IMG/VR virus record: IMGVR_UViG_3300020686_000001
Span: 1-56,674 of that record
DNA length: 56,674 nt
Source of the DNA: a virus
Lineage: Duplodnaviria > Caudoviricetes
Direction: 5' to 3' (one strand)
Shown piece by piece: positions 54,675 through 56,674 of this stretch (within the stretch, counting starts at the first letter, position 1; every line of letters begins with the position of its first letter). The notes beneath the pieces are model-generated. The model was not told where the DNA came from. It made no database searches and worked only from the letters and a program-made list of their open reading frames with translations. A program made the position numbers and the translations under genes.

Positions 54675-54938
54675 CTAATAGCTCATAACAGGAGCTAGTG
54701 GCAATGGGGCAAGCATTGGCAATTGCGGTAATTGTGGTACAGGCGGTAAAGAAGGCACTATGGGCGTTGGAGATGTAACCTGAGCATATCCTATAGGCTG
54801 ACCATATTGATTGCTGTAGACAGTGGTTTGACCCTGTGTCTGAGCTGTTACGACAGGTTGACCATACTGATTGGAATAAACCACTGTTTGGGATTGGCAG
54901 ATGCCAATAGATGCTAGTAAAACGATAAAGTATTTCAT
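54675..54938 (-). CDS. Putative exported protein with internal repeat
   Basis: Signal-like MKYFIVLLAS; VYSNQYGQP twice; Pro-rich tail. Confidence 0.6.
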   Translation of the reverse strand: MKYFIVLLASIGICQSQTVVYSNQYGQPVVTAQTQGQTTVYSNQYGQPIGYAQVTSPTPIVPSLPPVPQLPQLPMLAPLPLAPVMSY

Positions 54939-55087
54939 GAATTCCACCATTTTTGCGCTTTTAGGCGCTTAAATTTTAAAAAATGAACCCTAACCTTGAA
55001 AACATTCAAGCGGTTGAAAGATTCAATGGATTTGGCGTGGGATCGCCTTTGGGTAGCCATCCTAGTTCTGGAGCGTCTAGGAATCAT
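54935..55087 (-). CDS. Small basic protein
   Basis: Start MIPRRSR within the junction motif. Confidence 0.5.
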   Translation of the reverse strand: MIPRRSRTRMATQRRSHAKSIESFNRLNVFKVRVHFLKFKRLKAQKWWNS

Positions 55088-55103
55088 TTCTCTTGTGCCT
55101 TTC

Positions 55104-55319
55104 TTAAATTTCATCGGGGTCAAACCCCTTAGATTTCAACCAGTTATCAAGCAATTCATGTGCTTCTTCCTCTAGTTCAACTGGCACTCTGCGTTCTACA
55201 TAGGTAGTGTCGGGGTTTTGAAATTCAGGCTTAACTGGAAATGTGACATTCATATCTGCTATATCAAACTTAACAGATTGCCCTTCACCTTTTGGTATTG
55301 CTTTTCCAAAATCACTCAT
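55104..55319 (-). CDS. Hypothetical cassette protein
   Basis: 71 aa, bounded by junction motifs. Confidence 0.65.
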   Translation of the reverse strand: MSDFGKAIPKGEGQSVKFDIADMNVTFPVKPEFQNPDTTYVERRVPVELEEEAHELLDNWLKSKGFDPDEI

Positions 55320-55504
55320 TTCTCTTGTGCCTTTTCAACTTTTGCTTTTGGTACACATATTCCGTTATATCTTAGGTTAGCACCGCCACGATAAGCGTCT
55401 ACTTGTGCTTTAGCTTCCATGCAAGTTTCTTTATTAAAAAACTCAGCCGTAGCTAATGCTCCATCGTTAGAGCCTAAAAGAATTAAAATCCATATCTGTA
55501 TCAT
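55316..55504 (-). CDS. Hypothetical cassette protein
   Basis: WILIL...F...ETC..A...CVP; ends KAQEK. Confidence 0.65.
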   Translation of the reverse strand: MIQIWILILLGSNDGALATAEFFNKETCMEAKAQVDAYRGGANLRYNGICVPKAKVEKAQEK

Positions 55505-55608
55505 TTCTCTTGTGCCTTTCTTAGTATTGCCATTGAATACAACAATCCAGCCAAAAATCCCGCCACAACAAAAAATGTAATATGCAATCCAATTAGTAGA
55601 TATATCAT
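55501..55608 (-). CDS. 35-aa membrane peptide cassette
   Basis: MIYLLIGLHITFFVVAGFLAGLLYSMAILRKAQEK. Confidence 0.6.
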   Translation of the reverse strand: MIYLLIGLHITFFVVAGFLAGLLYSMAILRKAQEK

Positions 55609-56105
55609 TTCTCTTGCGCCCTTCTTAGTATTGCTCTAGCTATTTCAATAAACCAATTATCTGCATCGTTATCATCAAACTCTTTCCAAAGTTGCAATAT
55701 TTCCTCATCTGTTAGTGTCTTTGCTGGATGGGTGTAGAGTGGAATATCGTAATCAGTTTGAATAAAACCTACCATTTTTGGTTTTCCTGTATTTTTATCT
55801 ATCCACGCTATTGGTTTAGGACTTGGTAAATCAATTTCAATAGTTTCTAACTTATCTGGGTCTATTTCATAACTTGGTTCAGGGGTGTTGGTAATAGGGT
55901 GTGCCATTGAATTTAAAGATATTCCATCTTGTTGCTCTAGCTTGGTTGCTATCAAATATCGCAAGTCGGTATTTTCTTTCTCCAACTCTTCAATTTGCTC
56001 TTGTTGCTGGCGGAGCATGGCTTCAGCATTAGCTCCCCATTCACGCAAAGATAAAAAGTCATCTTTCCATTCTTGGTATTCATCAGCTAGTTCATTTGCG
56101 TTCAT
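55605..56105 (-). CDS. Modular cassette protein
   Basis: MNANELAD...MLRQQ...PIAW...IPLYTHPAKTLTDEEI...IARAILRRAQEK. Confidence 0.75.
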   Translation of the reverse strand: MNANELADEYQEWKDDFLSLREWGANAEAMLRQQQEQIEELEKENTDLRYLIATKLEQQDGISLNSMAHPITNTPEPSYEIDPDKLETIEIDLPSPKPIAWIDKNTGKPKMVGFIQTDYDIPLYTHPAKTLTDEEILQLWKEFDDNDADNWFIEIARAILRRAQEK

Positions 56106-56121
56106 TTCTCTTCTGCCTTTC

Positions 56122-56286
56122 TTAATTTGTTGTATACACGGCTTCTTTGCCAATAAAACTAGGCATTTCGCTTTTAATCGCCATTTCAACCATATCGTCT
56201 GCAATCTCTAAAGCAATACCGTAACCTTCTGTTGTCATGGTAATTTTGTCAGCATCATCAACCTCAATAACAATTGTGGCTTTCAT
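56122..56286 (-). CDS. Hypothetical cassette protein
   Basis: Start MKATIVIEV inside the junction motif. Confidence 0.6.
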   Translation of the reverse strand: MKATIVIEVDDADKITMTTEGYGIALEIADDMVEMAIKSEMPSFIGKEAVYTTN

Positions 56287-56570
56287 TTCTTTTGTGCTTT
56301 TTTTAATGCTTCTTTCCAGCGAATTAACTGTTCTTTTTTCCACTCATCACGCAACTCAAGGTCAAACCTCAACACACCTTCGTCAGTTTCGCAATAAAAG
56401 TCAAACGCTTTATTCCATTCCTCATCTGTTAGGTTTCTCGGAGAGCTGTAAAGCAAAGTACCTTCTTTTAATTCGGTAAATCTTTCTATTGGAAAATTGT
56501 TTATTCCGCTTATAGTTATTTTTTTAACTATCGCTACTGGTTCATATGCTTTCCATGCTATTGTTTTCAT
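56283..56570 (-). CDS. Modular cassette protein
   Basis: EPVA...LLYSSPRNLTDEE...ALKKAQKK. Confidence 0.7.
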   Translation of the reverse strand: MKTIAWKAYEPVAIVKKITISGINNFPIERFTELKEGTLLYSSPRNLTDEEWNKAFDFYCETDEGVLRFDLELRDEWKKEQLIRWKEALKKAQKK

Positions 56571-56575
56571 TTCTC

Positions 56576-56674
56576 TGGCTTCCCATTCCTATAATGAACA
56601 CCACCAATATTGACAGTTCCCAAAGATTCAATTTTGTCGGCTTCTTGTGCCTTTCTTAGTATTGCTCTAGCAAA
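56576..56674. repeat. Terminal direct repeat (copy 2)
   Basis: Identical to 1-99. Confidence 0.95.

Larger units (their letters stand above)
54459..56670 (-). repeat. Dispersed ~23-nt junction repeat TAAGAAAGGCACAAGAGAAATGA (about 9 copies)
   Basis: Copies at 54459, 55084, 55316, 55501, 55605, 56102, 56283, 56567 (partial) and 56642/67 (partial). Confidence 0.85.

Noticed and set aside
54459-56670. Junction repeats as a CRISPR array or integron attC sites
   Set aside because: Spacing is irregular (about 75-600 bp), the intervals are ORFs, the repeat is not palindromic, and I see no cas or integrase gene

Overview
This window appears to be a complete, circularly assembled ~56.6-kb dsDNA tailed-phage genome (Caudoviricetes, podovirus-like). 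Bases 1-99 equal 56576-56674, and an intact ORF reads across the junction. From 1 to 5.7 kb (minus strand) is a replication and recombination arm: Cro-like regulator, replication initiator, DnaB-like helicase, RusA and DUF1364. From 5.8 to 9.9 kb (plus strand) is an early arm: SSB-like protein, PD-(D/E)XK exonuclease and small ORFs. From 9.9 to 54.4 kb (minus strand) is one long late operon: GIY-YIG endonuclease, TerS, TerL, a 1669-aa polyvalent-type protein, portal, GroES-like co-chaperonin, scaffold, major capsid, a His-rich protein, adaptors, fibres, a 2OG-Fe(II) oxygenase, a GH19 lysis module, nozzle, a ferritin-like metalloenzyme and four ejection-type proteins. From 54.4 kb to the end is an array of small genes. 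I saw no integrase, polymerase, tRNA or CRISPR array. The most notable observations are: (1) two adjacent ejection-type proteins carry 31 isolated Cys, some at Asp/Asn positions of their own internal repeats, just downstream of a ferritin-like diiron enzyme gene; (2) an x-[K/A]-x-G-G motif occurs about 25 times across six late proteins; (3) the small-gene array is joined by a conserved 23-nt junction that is retained even out of frame; (4) a promoter-leader-gene-hairpin cassette is duplicated; (5) CCWGG is strongly avoided. All family calls come from motif recognition by eye; no searches were run.
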